IMG/VR virus record: IMGVR_UViG_3300045988_145627
Span: 22,146 to 86,145 of that record
Source: a virus
Taxonomy: Duplodnaviria > Heunggongvirae > Uroviricota > Caudoviricetes
DNA length: 64,000 nucleotides
Reading direction: 5' to 3' (one strand)
This document shows positions 9,743 through 19,764 of this stretch, piece after piece. Within the stretch, counting starts at the first letter, position 1; each line of letters starts with the position of its first letter. A program made the position numbers and the translations under genes. The notes below the pieces were generated by a model. That model searched no databases. It was given only the letters and a program-made list of their open reading frames with translations, and had not been told where the DNA came from.

Positions 9743-10411
9743 ATGACCAAGATCTTTGTGGTTGGCGGCACAAAGGGCGGGCCTGGCAAATCCACCGTTG
9801 CCCAGCAAATTGCCGTTTGCCTGAAAGTCAAAAAGAAGAAGAAGGTTTATATCACTGATATAGATATTCAGCGCACGACAACAAGCTGGTGTGAAGACCG
9901 TCGACAGAACGAAGACCTTGAGCTGATTCCTTTTGCATACGTTCAGGATGACATCATTAAGCACCTAAAATCGCTTCAGGGTAGAGCTGAGTTTGTAGTG
10001 GTAGATGCTGGTGGCTTTGACTCCGAAATTCAGCGACAAGCGATGCTGATGGCCGACGTTATCATTATCCCGCTTCGTCCTAAGCGTCGTGATTTGAAAT
10101 CTCTGCGTGACATCGATCCTATTATCGACAATGTTCGTAATGTAAACGATAAAGTGAAGGTCCGCGCGGTCATGAACCAGTGCCCGGCTTTGCCATCACA
10201 AGTGTCTCGCATTCTGGCGGCTAAAGAGATTGTCGAGACGTTTGGCATCGAGTCTGCGCCAGTCAATCTATATAACCGCAACGTCTACGATGATGCGGAA
10301 GAGTCTGGTCGTTCTATCTTTGAAATGACCGGTAGCGAGCGCGACAAAAAGGCGGAAGCCGAGTTTGAAGAATTTGTAGATTATCTGTTGAGTCTGGAGG
10401 AAGAAGAATAA
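9743..10411 (+). CDS. parA: ParA-family partition ATPase (small type)
   Basis: Deviant Walker A GGTKGGPGKST near the N-terminus, 222 aa; followed by a small overlapping partner gene. Confidence 0.8.
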   Translation: MTKIFVVGGTKGGPGKSTVAQQIAVCLKVKKKKKVYITDIDIQRTTTSWCEDRRQNEDLELIPFAYVQDDIIKHLKSLQGRAEFVVVDAGGFDSEIQRQAMLMADVIIIPLRPKRRDLKSLRDIDPIIDNVRNVNDKVKVRAVMNQCPALPSQVSRILAAKEIVETFGIESAPVNLYNRNVYDDAEESGRSIFEMTGSERDKKAEAEFEEFVDYLLSLEEEE

Positions 10412-10770
10412 TGTCCATGAAAATGGGTGACCTAGCAAAGCGCAAAGAGCCTGATGCACCGGCCAAGAACACAACTCCTTTGCGCCAACCAGTCAGACCA
10501 CAGGGACGCCCGACTCGTGGCAAAGAGAAAATTAAAAGCCGCACAATGTCACTGGAAGACGAATACTTCGAACTGCTGGAGATGATGAAGTTCATCCCTC
10601 GCTTCGAGAAATTCACCCGCTCTGATGTGATTCGTGCTGCTATTTTCCATCTTGCGGAGAAGACACCGCAGGAAATCGAGGACATCGTAAAGCTGAACGA
10701 GGCGATCACAGCTGCCGATGTCACGATGCGTACCGATGAAATTAAACGCGAGTTGATGAAGAAAGGTTAA
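10411..10770 (+). CDS. Partition centromere-binding protein, ribbon-helix-helix type (ParG-like)
   Basis: 119 aa, basic disordered N-terminus then SLEDEYFELLEMM..RSDVIRAAI segment typical of RHH folds; TAATG overlap with parA. Confidence 0.55.
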   Translation: MSMKMGDLAKRKEPDAPAKNTTPLRQPVRPQGRPTRGKEKIKSRTMSLEDEYFELLEMMKFIPRFEKFTRSDVIRAAIFHLAEKTPQEIEDIVKLNEAITAADVTMRTDEIKRELMKKG

Positions 10771-10771
10771 T

Positions 10772-10800
10772 AATGTGGGCTGTCTAGCCCACATTATTTT
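10772..10800 (+). terminator. Rho-independent terminator after the partition operon
   Basis: aatgtgggctgtctagcccacatt perfect hairpin followed by T-rich run. Confidence 0.75.
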
Positions 10801-10821
10801 AATTAAAGTGGAGTGATAATT

Positions 10822-11574
10822 ATGCATTCGTTAGTATTTGCATTTAAAAACATACTCAAGAATGTTATAAACATACTAGGGATGTTAAATATTTTTTTGT
10901 CTGTGAGGGTGAGGAGAAAAGATATAAAAGATAAAATAAAGGAACTTAACAAAGAAAAAGAACAATTAAAAAGCGAAGAAATTATTATTGATTTATACAA
11001 GAAAAAACTCGCATCTAGCAAGGGGAAAGCTAATGATAAAATCAAAGGAAAAATTATTCACTATATTATTGCTAGAGAGTTGGGGAATGATCCTGATAAT
11101 GAAGATTTTCGACATAATCTTTTTACAAAGATAAAAGAATCAGAAGAACAGGTTGAAGTTCTGGTTCATCAAAGAGAAGTAAGTGAGCAGGCGAACAAAA
11201 AAGAAACGGTTGTCAATTTGTTTTTATTGTATGAAAAAAATAAATTGTTTAAAGCTAAGGGGTTGGCTGTGTTTCTTATAGTTATAAACTTAATTATAGT
11301 TGCGACTCTCGATCTTCCAGCTTGGTCATTGATTATAAGTTTTTTTATTCTCTCTTTGATTATGTTGAAAGATCAGATACTTACTATTCGTGTCTCTAAA
11401 GGATATTTTGGCACAAGTGCGTATGAAGCGGTTCAATTGCTTAAATTCATCAGAGAAAATTCAGACAAATTTGACTCAGATGATAATGACGGTAGCCCAC
11501 GACGGATATTGAATCCGAAGGGAACAACAAAAAAATCAGACAACCTATTCGATAAAGGGTGGCAAAATGTTTGA
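10822..11574 (+). CDS. Hypothetical membrane protein, very low-GC gene (first of an overlapping pair)
   Basis: ORF-track frame 10813-11574; ATG at 10822 with GGAG 8 nt upstream; Lys/Glu-rich central region, hydrophobic segments LAVFLIVINLIIVATL and SLIISFFILSLIML. Confidence 0.45.
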   Translation: MHSLVFAFKNILKNVINILGMLNIFLSVRVRRKDIKDKIKELNKEKEQLKSEEIIIDLYKKKLASSKGKANDKIKGKIIHYIIARELGNDPDNEDFRHNLFTKIKESEEQVEVLVHQREVSEQANKKETVVNLFLLYEKNKLFKAKGLAVFLIVINLIIVATLDLPAWSLIISFFILSLIMLKDQILTIRVSKGYFGTSAYEAVQLLKFIRENSDKFDSDDNDGSPRRILNPKGTTKKSDNLFDKGWQNV

Positions 11575-11989
11575 CCTTGACGCCATCACTAAGTTCTTAA
11601 ATCAGTGTTTTGATCTACTTTTGCTCAAGCAGCCTTTAAGAACTGTTTTCGGAATACTGATTGGTTTCATTATTTTTGTTTTTGTTTACACGTTTAGGTT
11701 TGCGATAGCTCAAGATTTTTATGAAATAGATGGCGTGCATTACGCTGCATGTTTCGTCATCGGTGTTTTAGTTGTTCACACAAGAACATTTTTTGACGTT
11801 ATCAAGGGCACCGCAGTTGATGAAGAAATAGATAGTATGATCAGAGTTATTACGAAGCAGCCACACCTATCTAACCATCAAAAAAACATAATGATTGCTG
11901 AAATACTTCAAAAAGAAATTGCAGCCATAAGTCAAAAGAGATTGGATAAAGTTGCACAAGAAATGACGGAGAAAAAGACAACTGATTAA
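11567..11989 (+). CDS. Hypothetical membrane protein, low-GC (second of the pair)
   Basis: ATGTTTGA overlap with the upstream gene; two hydrophobic segments (VFGILIGFIIFVFVYTF, AACFVIGVLVV). Confidence 0.45.
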   Translation: MFDLDAITKFLNQCFDLLLLKQPLRTVFGILIGFIIFVFVYTFRFAIAQDFYEIDGVHYAACFVIGVLVVHTRTFFDVIKGTAVDEEIDSMIRVITKQPHLSNHQKNIMIAEILQKEIAAISQKRLDKVAQEMTEKKTTD

Positions 11990-12160
11990 TTTAATTACCT
12001 GTTTCTGTATATAAATAATAAGTAACTTATTAAATATATATACGGAAGCAGGTCTTTTAAAAGACACCCACCAGAACAACTCCCTTCCGTTTCCACTTCC
12101 AAAAACTGCCACCAGTCGCTATCATCCGCTCATTGTGATAAGTAAGTAACTACCTACTAG

Positions 12161-12910
12161 GTGAGCCACATGAGCCAAATCTTTTTCGATACCATCGACA
12201 ACAACCAGTACGACTTCATGACAGAGTGGAATACCGCTGTTATGGACAAGTGGGTTGCTGAAAACATTGGTTTGTCGCGCTGCAAAGACGAGGCTGAACT
12301 CTTCGAGACGAAGTGGTTTGATTACCGCGACATGCATCCTCTCATGGCCACCTGCCTTTTTACGGAGGCATACAAACGTCAGTACTCAAATATCATGCTG
12401 ACGCACGGTCGCGAACACTTTGAAACAGCTCCGTTCACCACCGGGTTAAAACGCCTGCCTTATCAGGAGTTGTCGACTGCCAATAAAACGTCTCTATGGA
12501 AAGCACGCCAGTTTGCTGACCGCTATTGCTGCTCATACGACTACTTTATCTCCACCGTTCTTTCCGCAGCTGCACGACGGCTGTGGGACAAGCTGCCGCG
12601 CCCACAGCATTTATGGCAGCCAGAACTGATTGAGATATTTGAAGAGAAATTAGCCAGACGCGCAACAACCCGTCTGGATGACTCTCTGGTTAGCTTTAAG
12701 TATATGGGAGACATGCAGTTCAACCCGATTCAGGAAAGCTATTTTGAGTGGATTCTGGAGCGTTTGCGCACCATCCCTCGCAGTAAGCGCATACGCGCAA
12801 TTTTCTCCGCTATCTGGCTAATGGAAATCGTTCCAGAGCGCCTTATTTCCGCCCACTTTCCAGAAGAACTGGAAGAAGCACGGCGGTTTATTGATCCCCT
12901 ATCTAATTAA
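12161..12910 (+). CDS. Hypothetical protein (249 aa)
   Basis: ORF begins with GTG at 12161, alternative ATG at 12170; no recognisable motif. Confidence 0.5.
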   Translation: MSHMSQIFFDTIDNNQYDFMTEWNTAVMDKWVAENIGLSRCKDEAELFETKWFDYRDMHPLMATCLFTEAYKRQYSNIMLTHGREHFETAPFTTGLKRLPYQELSTANKTSLWKARQFADRYCCSYDYFISTVLSAAARRLWDKLPRPQHLWQPELIEIFEEKLARRATTRLDDSLVSFKYMGDMQFNPIQESYFEWILERLRTIPRSKRIRAIFSAIWLMEIVPERLISAHFPEELEEARRFIDPLSN

Positions 12911-12953
12911 CTAATACTAGAAAACAATTTGTTTAAAAAACAAAGGAAAGCAC

Positions 12954-14294
12954 ATGACCGAACTTTGCCATACAGGACGCGGGCTGTCCGAAGAGTTTGA
13001 TGAAGATTTCCAGAACAGACTGACGGCATATTTTTGTCGTGATCACGAGTTTCTTACTCGTGCGGGAGATCTGGTTGTGCCTAGCCAATTTGCCAATGCG
13101 GCCAATGCCATATTGGTTAATATGGTTTCGGGCTATTACCGTATGTACAAGAGCGCGCCCTCTTCATCTGCAATTCTGGATATGCTTAAGCGTGCGAAAC
13201 GCGATAAGACTATCCGTGAGGAACTATTCGCCGATGTTGTTGCTGCGTTTAAGCGCATCCTTGCAGAAAAATTGTCCGATACCTCGTACATGGTTGACCA
13301 GGTATCAACCTTCGCAAAAAGCGTAGCGTTTGATGATGCTCTGATTAAGGCTGCTGAACTGAAAGAGAAGGGCGACTTTCAGGGGGCGATGGCAATCATG
13401 GCCAAGGTTCAGCAGATAGGCTCGAACGAAGCAACCGGAATCTATGACTACTACATCTCAGCAAGTGAGCGACTGAAAGCGCGTGAATATGAGGCCTCAG
13501 AGGAGTATGTGCCAAACAGCATTACAACTGGACTCCCTCTGCTCGATAGGTTGCTGTACCAAAAAGGCTGGGCGAAGCGTGAAATGGTGCTCTTCATGGG
13601 GTTCGCTAAATCCGGTAAATCGACCGCAATGGGTGAGTTTTCCATAAACGCAACGCTTGCTGGCTACAATGTTCTGTATCTCTCGCTGGAGGTTCACACC
13701 ACCATTTTATCCGACCGTTTTGATGCAAGATTGTCGGAGACAGAAATGTCCAAGCTGGTGGAACGGCGCGATGAGGTTCATCGTAAGTTGGCAGAGTTGG
13801 GAGCCACGAAGGGGATTGGTAGTTTGTGGGTGGTTGAGCGTCCGTCAGGAAGTATGTCACCGGCAGATCTGGACCGTATGCTTAACAGCATGAAAGCCAA
13901 CGGCATGGTGCCTGACATGGTTGTTGTCGACTACGCAGATTTGATGCGTGCCAGTTATGACCTTCGTGATGATCGCGCCAACATTCGTAGTATCTACACC
14001 GATTTACGTGCTCTTTATGACAAACATAACGTTGCTGGAATCACGGCATCGCAGACAAACCGTGAAGGTGGCGCGTCAGAAGTTGCCACAATGATGCACG
14101 CCGCCGACAACATCGAAAAAGTACGTATTGCTGACCTGGTAATAACGATCAACAAAACCGAAGAAGAAGAAGCGAAAGGAGAGGCTCGTCTCTACTTTGC
14201 TGGTTCACGTAACCAGCAGGGAGGGATCAGCATTCGTGTTAAACAAAACCTCGAACAAATGCGCTTCATTGAGCGAATCTTAGACGTTACCTAA
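12954..14294 (+). CDS. dnaB: Replicative DNA helicase, DnaB family
   Basis: Walker A GFAKSGKST, Walker B VVVDYADLM, ITASQTNREG motif typical of DnaB C-terminal domain; conserved AAAGGAAAGCACATG start context. Confidence 0.8.
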   Translation: MTELCHTGRGLSEEFDEDFQNRLTAYFCRDHEFLTRAGDLVVPSQFANAANAILVNMVSGYYRMYKSAPSSSAILDMLKRAKRDKTIREELFADVVAAFKRILAEKLSDTSYMVDQVSTFAKSVAFDDALIKAAELKEKGDFQGAMAIMAKVQQIGSNEATGIYDYYISASERLKAREYEASEEYVPNSITTGLPLLDRLLYQKGWAKREMVLFMGFAKSGKSTAMGEFSINATLAGYNVLYLSLEVHTTILSDRFDARLSETEMSKLVERRDEVHRKLAELGATKGIGSLWVVERPSGSMSPADLDRMLNSMKANGMVPDMVVVDYADLMRASYDLRDDRANIRSIYTDLRALYDKHNVAGITASQTNREGGASEVATMMHAADNIEKVRIADLVITINKTEEEEAKGEARLYFAGSRNQQGGISIRVKQNLEQMRFIERILDVT

Positions 14295-14309
14295 AAAATA
14301 AGCGTGGAG

Positions 14310-14335
14310 AACACCTCCACGCTTGATTCATTGGT
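14310..14335 (+). terminator. Hairpin between helicase and primase genes (agcgtggag..ctccacgct)
   Basis: 9-bp inverted repeat; weak T tract; may act as attenuator. Confidence 0.3.
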
Positions 14336-14375
14336 GAAACAACTTTTCTTTTGCCAAACCACAAAAGAAAAACAC

Positions 14376-15557
14376 ATGAGCCTTTATGTTATATCAACAT
14401 TTAGGTTGGTCACAATATTGCCTGTTAAAAGTGGAATTATCGTGAGCGAGCTGAAAGAGATAATTACCGAATTAGATTTTGAACAATGGTTGGACACTGA
14501 AGGTATCGTTTATCGACGTGGAGGCGTGAGTTCTCGCGGTCGTGAAGTGAATATCAAAGAGTGTCCGGTATGCGGCAGCTCCAACTGGAAGGTATATTTC
14601 AATCTGACCAGTGGCGTCGGCAAATGCTTTGCTGGTGATCATCCCGAAGAGATTCAGTTCAATAAGCTGGTCTTCCTCAAGCACTACAGCGGTAAATCAC
14701 GACGACAGTTCGAGGAATATGTGCAGAACGCTCTTCTTTCCCAGGGGTGGGCACCAAAGAAAGAAGAGATAGTGCTTACAAGCACAGTCGAGTTAGAGGG
14801 ACCACTTGCACTCCCTCGTCATTACGAACTTCCTATAGATGGCCGTCTTCCAGACTATCTGGTTGAACGAAACATATCGCCTGAAATGGCAAAGTATTTT
14901 GACCTACGATACTGCGTCGAAGGCAAGCACGCTTATGTAGATCCGTATACAGATCAGGTAAAAGGACAGATATTCGATATGCGAGTACTGATACCGGTTT
15001 ACGATCTGGATGGGGTAATGAAGACATTTCAGGGACGAGACATTACCGGTACAGCAGACCGCCGCTACCTCTTTCCTATGCAGCTTCCAGCTTCAGGTAA
15101 GTTTCTCTACAACGGCCATAATGCAGTTGGCAAACAGACTGTAGTTGTCTGTGAGGGGGCGTTCGATGTTATGGGAGTTAAACGAGCTATTTTTGATGAA
15201 GAAACATTACGTGATTACGTGGAACCGATAGGAACGTTCGGGATGCATCTATCTGGTAACACCACTCAGGATGCAGAAGATCAGTTAGGCGCGTTCCTGA
15301 CGCTCAAGGCGCGTGGGTTACGTAATGTGATCATGATGTGGGATAGTGAAAAGCAAGCTATACGCAACACGATGGCCGCAGCCAGGCGATTGACCAGTAT
15401 TGGTCTTAATGTCAAAGTTGCGTGTTTGGGCGAGGAAGGACTCGACCCCGGCGATGCGACACCGGGGCAGATTATCAAAGCCTACTATTGCGCAAAACCT
15501 TACTCACGACAGCTTGAACTTTTAAGCAAGGTAAAAGGTATAGCAGCATTAGTTTGA
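14376..15557 (+). CDS. DNA primase (zinc-binding N-terminus plus TOPRIM domain)
   Basis: CPVCGSSNW..GKCF zinc-ribbon-like motif, VVVCEGAFDVMG TOPRIM glutamate motif; start set at the ATG preceded by the conserved AGAAAAACACATG context (ORF-track frame begins at 14304). Confidence 0.65.
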   Translation: MSLYVISTFRLVTILPVKSGIIVSELKEIITELDFEQWLDTEGIVYRRGGVSSRGREVNIKECPVCGSSNWKVYFNLTSGVGKCFAGDHPEEIQFNKLVFLKHYSGKSRRQFEEYVQNALLSQGWAPKKEEIVLTSTVELEGPLALPRHYELPIDGRLPDYLVERNISPEMAKYFDLRYCVEGKHAYVDPYTDQVKGQIFDMRVLIPVYDLDGVMKTFQGRDITGTADRRYLFPMQLPASGKFLYNGHNAVGKQTVVVCEGAFDVMGVKRAIFDEETLRDYVEPIGTFGMHLSGNTTQDAEDQLGAFLTLKARGLRNVIMMWDSEKQAIRNTMAAARRLTSIGLNVKVACLGEEGLDPGDATPGQIIKAYYCAKPYSRQLELLSKVKGIAALV

Positions 15558-16586
15558 ACCAGTATTAGTCACGTAAACATTGACCGAAAATGATTTAACT
15601 TCTGTGTTGAAGTTGTCAGTCATTACCGCGAGGTAGGCATTCTTGGTATCTCTGAATTGCTTCAGGATGATTTGAACGTTATCGGTGCAAACAAACGAGG
15701 TAGCCAGATTGCCTCCTTTCTCTGAAAAATCCTTTAGGAAAGTGCAGTCAATTTTGCCATCATTAGCGGTGAAGGTGGCATCATCACCCTGCCAGGTAAA
15801 TGTTGCGTTAACGCCTTTATCAATGGATTTAGCAATAAGTCGTTGAGTGGAGGATTTTGCTTTAGATCTTGCAGCTGATGGTTGGTATTTACCGCTTTCT
15901 TTTAGTTCTGCAATGTAATCACAGCCATTTTTATCTTCTTTATCGCAAGCTGCCTGATAAAGCTCAGCTGCTTTTTTATAATCTTTTTTAACCCCTTCAC
16001 CATACTCATACATAATGCCAAGATTCGCCAATGCAGATGCACTGCCTAGTTCGATTCCTTTTTTATAATACTCTATTGCCTTTTTGTAGCTTTTTGGCAC
16101 GCCTGCGCCAACATAATATAACTGTCCTAAATATGACGCAGATTCAGGGTCGCCAGCCTCTACTGCAAGTTTGTGATATTTCAGGGAAAGTTTTTGGTCT
16201 TTCTTACCCGCAAGTCCTTTATGATAAATAACACCCAGATTGTGATAAGAGTTGCCTCCAGCTGCATCACCAGCTTTCTTAAAGAGTTCCTCTGCCTTTT
16301 TGAAATTTTTATCAACCCCATACCCAAGGGCATACATTATACCTAGAGCATTAAACGCTTCTTTGTTCCCCTTAGAAGTCGCCAGTTCAAGCCATTTTCT
16401 GGCTTCATCGTAGTTTTTTTCGACACCATGAATACCTTTCATATAGTCGATACCTAAAGCACTCTGTGACTCAACGTCGCCTGCTTTTGCCGCATCGATC
16501 AGCTTTTGTATTTCATAGGCATGTGCACTCCCCGAAACAAGTAATAGCGACAACATAAAGAAAGATATTGGTTTGAAATGTTTCAT
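15549..16586 (-). CDS. Secreted Sel1-like repeat protein with non-repeat C-terminal domain
   Basis: N-terminal signal peptide MKHFKPISFFMLSLLLVSGSAHA; about eight 36-aa Sel1-type repeats; opposite strand to neighbours. Confidence 0.65.
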   Translation of the reverse strand: MKHFKPISFFMLSLLLVSGSAHAYEIQKLIDAAKAGDVESQSALGIDYMKGIHGVEKNYDEARKWLELATSKGNKEAFNALGIMYALGYGVDKNFKKAEELFKKAGDAAGGNSYHNLGVIYHKGLAGKKDQKLSLKYHKLAVEAGDPESASYLGQLYYVGAGVPKSYKKAIEYYKKGIELGSASALANLGIMYEYGEGVKKDYKKAAELYQAACDKEDKNGCDYIAELKESGKYQPSAARSKAKSSTQRLIAKSIDKGVNATFTWQGDDATFTANDGKIDCTFLKDFSEKGGNLATSFVCTDNVQIILKQFRDTKNAYLAVMTDNFNTEVKSFSVNVYVTNTGSN

Positions 16587-16767
16587 TTTTGGATTTTCAC
16601 AAGATGGTTAGGTGGTTGTGGCTACTCGGTGTAAGGCTTTGTAATCACCGATTGGTAAGGTTACTTCAATTTAGCTTAACTGTCAGCATACCCAATCGCC
16701 GAAAAGATAAGTAGATGATTACTTATTAGTGTGTAAGAATACTGCCATCTGTTAGCTAGGAGTTGGT

Positions 16768-17550
16768 ATGAAAGACGAAATTCAGAAATTAGCCTGCGAC
16801 ATCATTGATAAAACTGGTTTAGAAATCAGCGAGAGCAATCGGCTAGACATCATTGAAAAAGCCGTCAATACGGCAATGGATCATATCGCCACTCGTTTAG
16901 TCGAGATCCCGCTACCGGGGCTACCTTATCTGAAGGTTAAGTTGCGCGTATGGGGCGAACCTGCACATGCACGACGTTCTGCATTAGTTGTTTTTGTACG
17001 CAAAGAAAACTTACGAACTCTAAAAGTGCAGGTTGGGGCGTGGTTTGATGGCAGAGTCATCTATACAGATACCATTATCTGTCCTCCAGGTGACGAACAT
17101 ATTGAAGCCGTCATTCGAGAATCAATTCGAGCTATGCGCAGTTTAGCTTTGCTGGAAGACAAGCAAAACTTTGAAGATTACTTGCTGTCGGTAAAAGCTG
17201 AACCAACATTGTCTCTGAAAGCCGATTTCGTCACCCCGACAAATCTGTTGGAGGTTTTGATTAATAAAGGGGCTAATGATGCTGTAAACCTAATCAGGGA
17301 GAGCGAATATTCGACTCTTTGCGACATGTGCAAAAGCCAGTTGGATCTTGTGCATATCATTGTTGATGCGGGGAAGGCGTGTGATGGCGTAATGGCGGAA
17401 TTTGCTGGGAAGATGGTCAGGATTGCTAACGAATTACCGATGATAGAGCAAGAGGCCAAATCATACGCCACCAATCATGTCACAGAGCTTCTTGCCCCCT
17501 ATCGCTTAGAAAGCGATCAGCGCAAGATGATTAGCTGGGGAAGTTGGTAA
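16768..17550 (+). CDS. Hypothetical protein (260 aa)
   Basis: ORF with GGAG SD; no recognisable motif. Confidence 0.5.
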   Translation: MKDEIQKLACDIIDKTGLEISESNRLDIIEKAVNTAMDHIATRLVEIPLPGLPYLKVKLRVWGEPAHARRSALVVFVRKENLRTLKVQVGAWFDGRVIYTDTIICPPGDEHIEAVIRESIRAMRSLALLEDKQNFEDYLLSVKAEPTLSLKADFVTPTNLLEVLINKGANDAVNLIRESEYSTLCDMCKSQLDLVHIIVDAGKACDGVMAEFAGKMVRIANELPMIEQEAKSYATNHVTELLAPYRLESDQRKMISWGSW

Positions 17551-17617
17551 GCTCTCTGTGTGTCGTTTTTTACGCAAATAATGATAGGTAAGCACAAGAT
17601 TATTTCTGGCGGTAATT

Positions 17618-18088
17618 GTGAAAGCTGATTTGTCAAAAATCCCTTCTATTTCAGGAAATAACGGTTATTCACTTCGTTGTGAGGAAGTAAAGATAAACGG
17701 TGAGTCGGCATATTGCAGCTATTCCGTTTGCCAGCACACCATTCTTGCCTTCAAAGAAAACCGTCTTCCTCGAACTTCTTTCCAGTCGTGCGCAACCGCT
17801 ATTAAAGCAGGCAAATGTAAGGCGTTAAAAATGATGGTTGAAGAGATTCGTAAAGGAGAATCTCTGTATTTCGCAGATATGACCGCACTCATTAAGGAGG
17901 TTGAAGAACGGAATAAACAAGCCAGATCTATAAAACGAAAACGTGACAGTGTAACGATTAATAGCATGGTTAAGAAGAGCGCCACATCACAAACAGCGAT
18001 CACTGACGTGTATGCGGCGTTGCTTGAAGAAACAACAAAAGAAACACATGAGCAAATCGATCAACATATGGAGGCAAAACAACAATGA
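17618..18088 (+). CDS. Hypothetical protein (156 aa)
   Basis: ORF; start uncertain. Confidence 0.4.
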   Translation: MKADLSKIPSISGNNGYSLRCEEVKINGESAYCSYSVCQHTILAFKENRLPRTSFQSCATAIKAGKCKALKMMVEEIRKGESLYFADMTALIKEVEERNKQARSIKRKRDSVTINSMVKKSATSQTAITDVYAALLEETTKETHEQIDQHMEAKQQ

Positions 18089-19407
18089 AAAAGTTGATCG
18101 CACTTAAGCATAAGCTGGACGAAATGAAAGCTATGGGAACCAATGCAAAAAAAGAGGCATTGGCCAACATGGATGACTTTGAACAAAGCATGGTTTCATT
18201 GATGCTCAACCCTTTCATCCGTTTTGGGGTAAAGAAATACAAAGTGGCAGAGCCGCTTAGTGAGTCCGTCCCAAGTGACGAAAAAGCCATTGATGTACTG
18301 AATAAGCTGGCCTCTCGCGAGCTGACGGGGAACGCAGCAATAGCTGCTGTTGAGTCTATCGTGGCGTCAATGTGCGCCGATGGGCAGGACGTGTTCCGTC
18401 GTTTCCTCTTAAAAGACCCGAAAGCGGGTGTTGGGATTAGCCTATGCAACAAGGTTTTTGAAAATCCCATTCCGAAATTCGAGGTGCAGCTGGCGTCACC
18501 GTATAAAGAAAAAGGCGACAAATACCCCTTCAAGCCAAACCCTAAAGCAAAATGGCCGATGATTGGCAGCCTTAAGCTCGATGGTTTGCGAGTAATTTGC
18601 GAGGTTATTGTTGACGAAGAAGAGGTTAACTTCCTTTCTCGTACTGGTAATCCAATCACGTCTCTCGATCACCTAAAGCCAGCCATGCTCGAATTAGGCA
18701 AACTTTCAGGCCACAAACACATCTTCTTCGATGGTGAAGGCACAGCCGGTTCATTTAACCAGTCCGTATCTGCATTGCGCAAAAAGAACGTGCAGGCAAT
18801 TGGCGCTATTTATCATGTTTTCGACTTCTTCCTACCGGAATGGCGAGCACAGGCTAAATCCAAAGAGTATGCAAAGACATGTATGAAGCTGAAAGAGCGC
18901 CTGGCTATGCTCGTGGCGTTGTTCAAAAACGATCGCAGTGAAGGCTACGCACAAGACATTCACCTGCATCCGTTCTACATCATCCATAGCCACGAAGACT
19001 TCATCGAACGCTTCATGAAACGCCTGGACGATAACGAAGAAGGGGAGATGGGCAAAGATCCGAACTCTGTTTACGAGTTTAAACGTACCCGCAGCTGGTG
19101 GAAGTTAAAAGACGAAGATTCAGAAGATGGTGAAATTATCGATTTTGAGCCGGGCGACCCGGACTCTGGTTTTGCCAACACGCTTGGAAAAATTGTTATT
19201 CGTCTTGAAAACGGCGTCATCGTTCGTGCGAGCGGCATTAAGCATAAATATCTGGACGAGATCTGGAACAACAAAGAGAAGTACCGTGGTCGCATTGTCG
19301 AGGTTCATTGTCACGAGAAAACACCTGATGGCAGCTTACGCCACCCACGACTGAAATGGCCGCGTTGCTTACGCGATACCGAAGATCGAATCGGAGATAA
19401 AGAATGA
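18085..19407 (+). CDS. ATP-dependent DNA ligase
   Basis: Motif I KxDG in SLKLDGLRVI; size (440 aa) and position within the replication block. Confidence 0.7.
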   Translation: MKKLIALKHKLDEMKAMGTNAKKEALANMDDFEQSMVSLMLNPFIRFGVKKYKVAEPLSESVPSDEKAIDVLNKLASRELTGNAAIAAVESIVASMCADGQDVFRRFLLKDPKAGVGISLCNKVFENPIPKFEVQLASPYKEKGDKYPFKPNPKAKWPMIGSLKLDGLRVICEVIVDEEEVNFLSRTGNPITSLDHLKPAMLELGKLSGHKHIFFDGEGTAGSFNQSVSALRKKNVQAIGAIYHVFDFFLPEWRAQAKSKEYAKTCMKLKERLAMLVALFKNDRSEGYAQDIHLHPFYIIHSHEDFIERFMKRLDDNEEGEMGKDPNSVYEFKRTRSWWKLKDEDSEDGEIIDFEPGDPDSGFANTLGKIVIRLENGVIVRASGIKHKYLDEIWNNKEKYRGRIVEVHCHEKTPDGSLRHPRLKWPRCLRDTEDRIGDKE

Positions 19408-19619
19408 TCGTATTAAGTAAACGGGAGAAAGAAACGCTTCATGAAATTAGTAAGTGGCCGGAGTTCCCTGAGTACTGGAAGCCTAAAACGCGAGCTAAGT
19501 TAGAGCGTTTAGGGTTGGTTGCAAACGTTTCTGAAACGTGGTGCTCGGCCAACTACCAGTTAACTGATAAAGGGAAATTATTGCTACAGCAATTAGTAGA
19601 ATCAAGAGCCTTTAAATGA
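19404..19619 (+). CDS. Hypothetical small protein (71 aa)
   Basis: ORF overlapping the ligase stop (ATGA). Confidence 0.3.
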   Translation: MIVLSKREKETLHEISKWPEFPEYWKPKTRAKLERLGLVANVSETWCSANYQLTDKGKLLLQQLVESRAFK

Positions 19620-19764
19620 TTCCATACATCTCATTGGCTTTTATGGCTGGCTTCCTTATCGGCTTCGGCATCTGTCGTGATTTGATTAAGCAGGAACTTA
19701 AAACCAAAACACTGTGCATCGGGAAGCGTGTGTATCGGGTAGTTCATGAAACAAAGGTGAGAAC

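Noticed and set aside
14304-14375. N-terminal extension of the primase ORF (track start 14304)
   Set aside because: The extension overlaps a hairpin immediately after the helicase stop and lacks an SD, whereas the ATG at 14376 has the conserved AGAAAAACACATG context used by many genes here.
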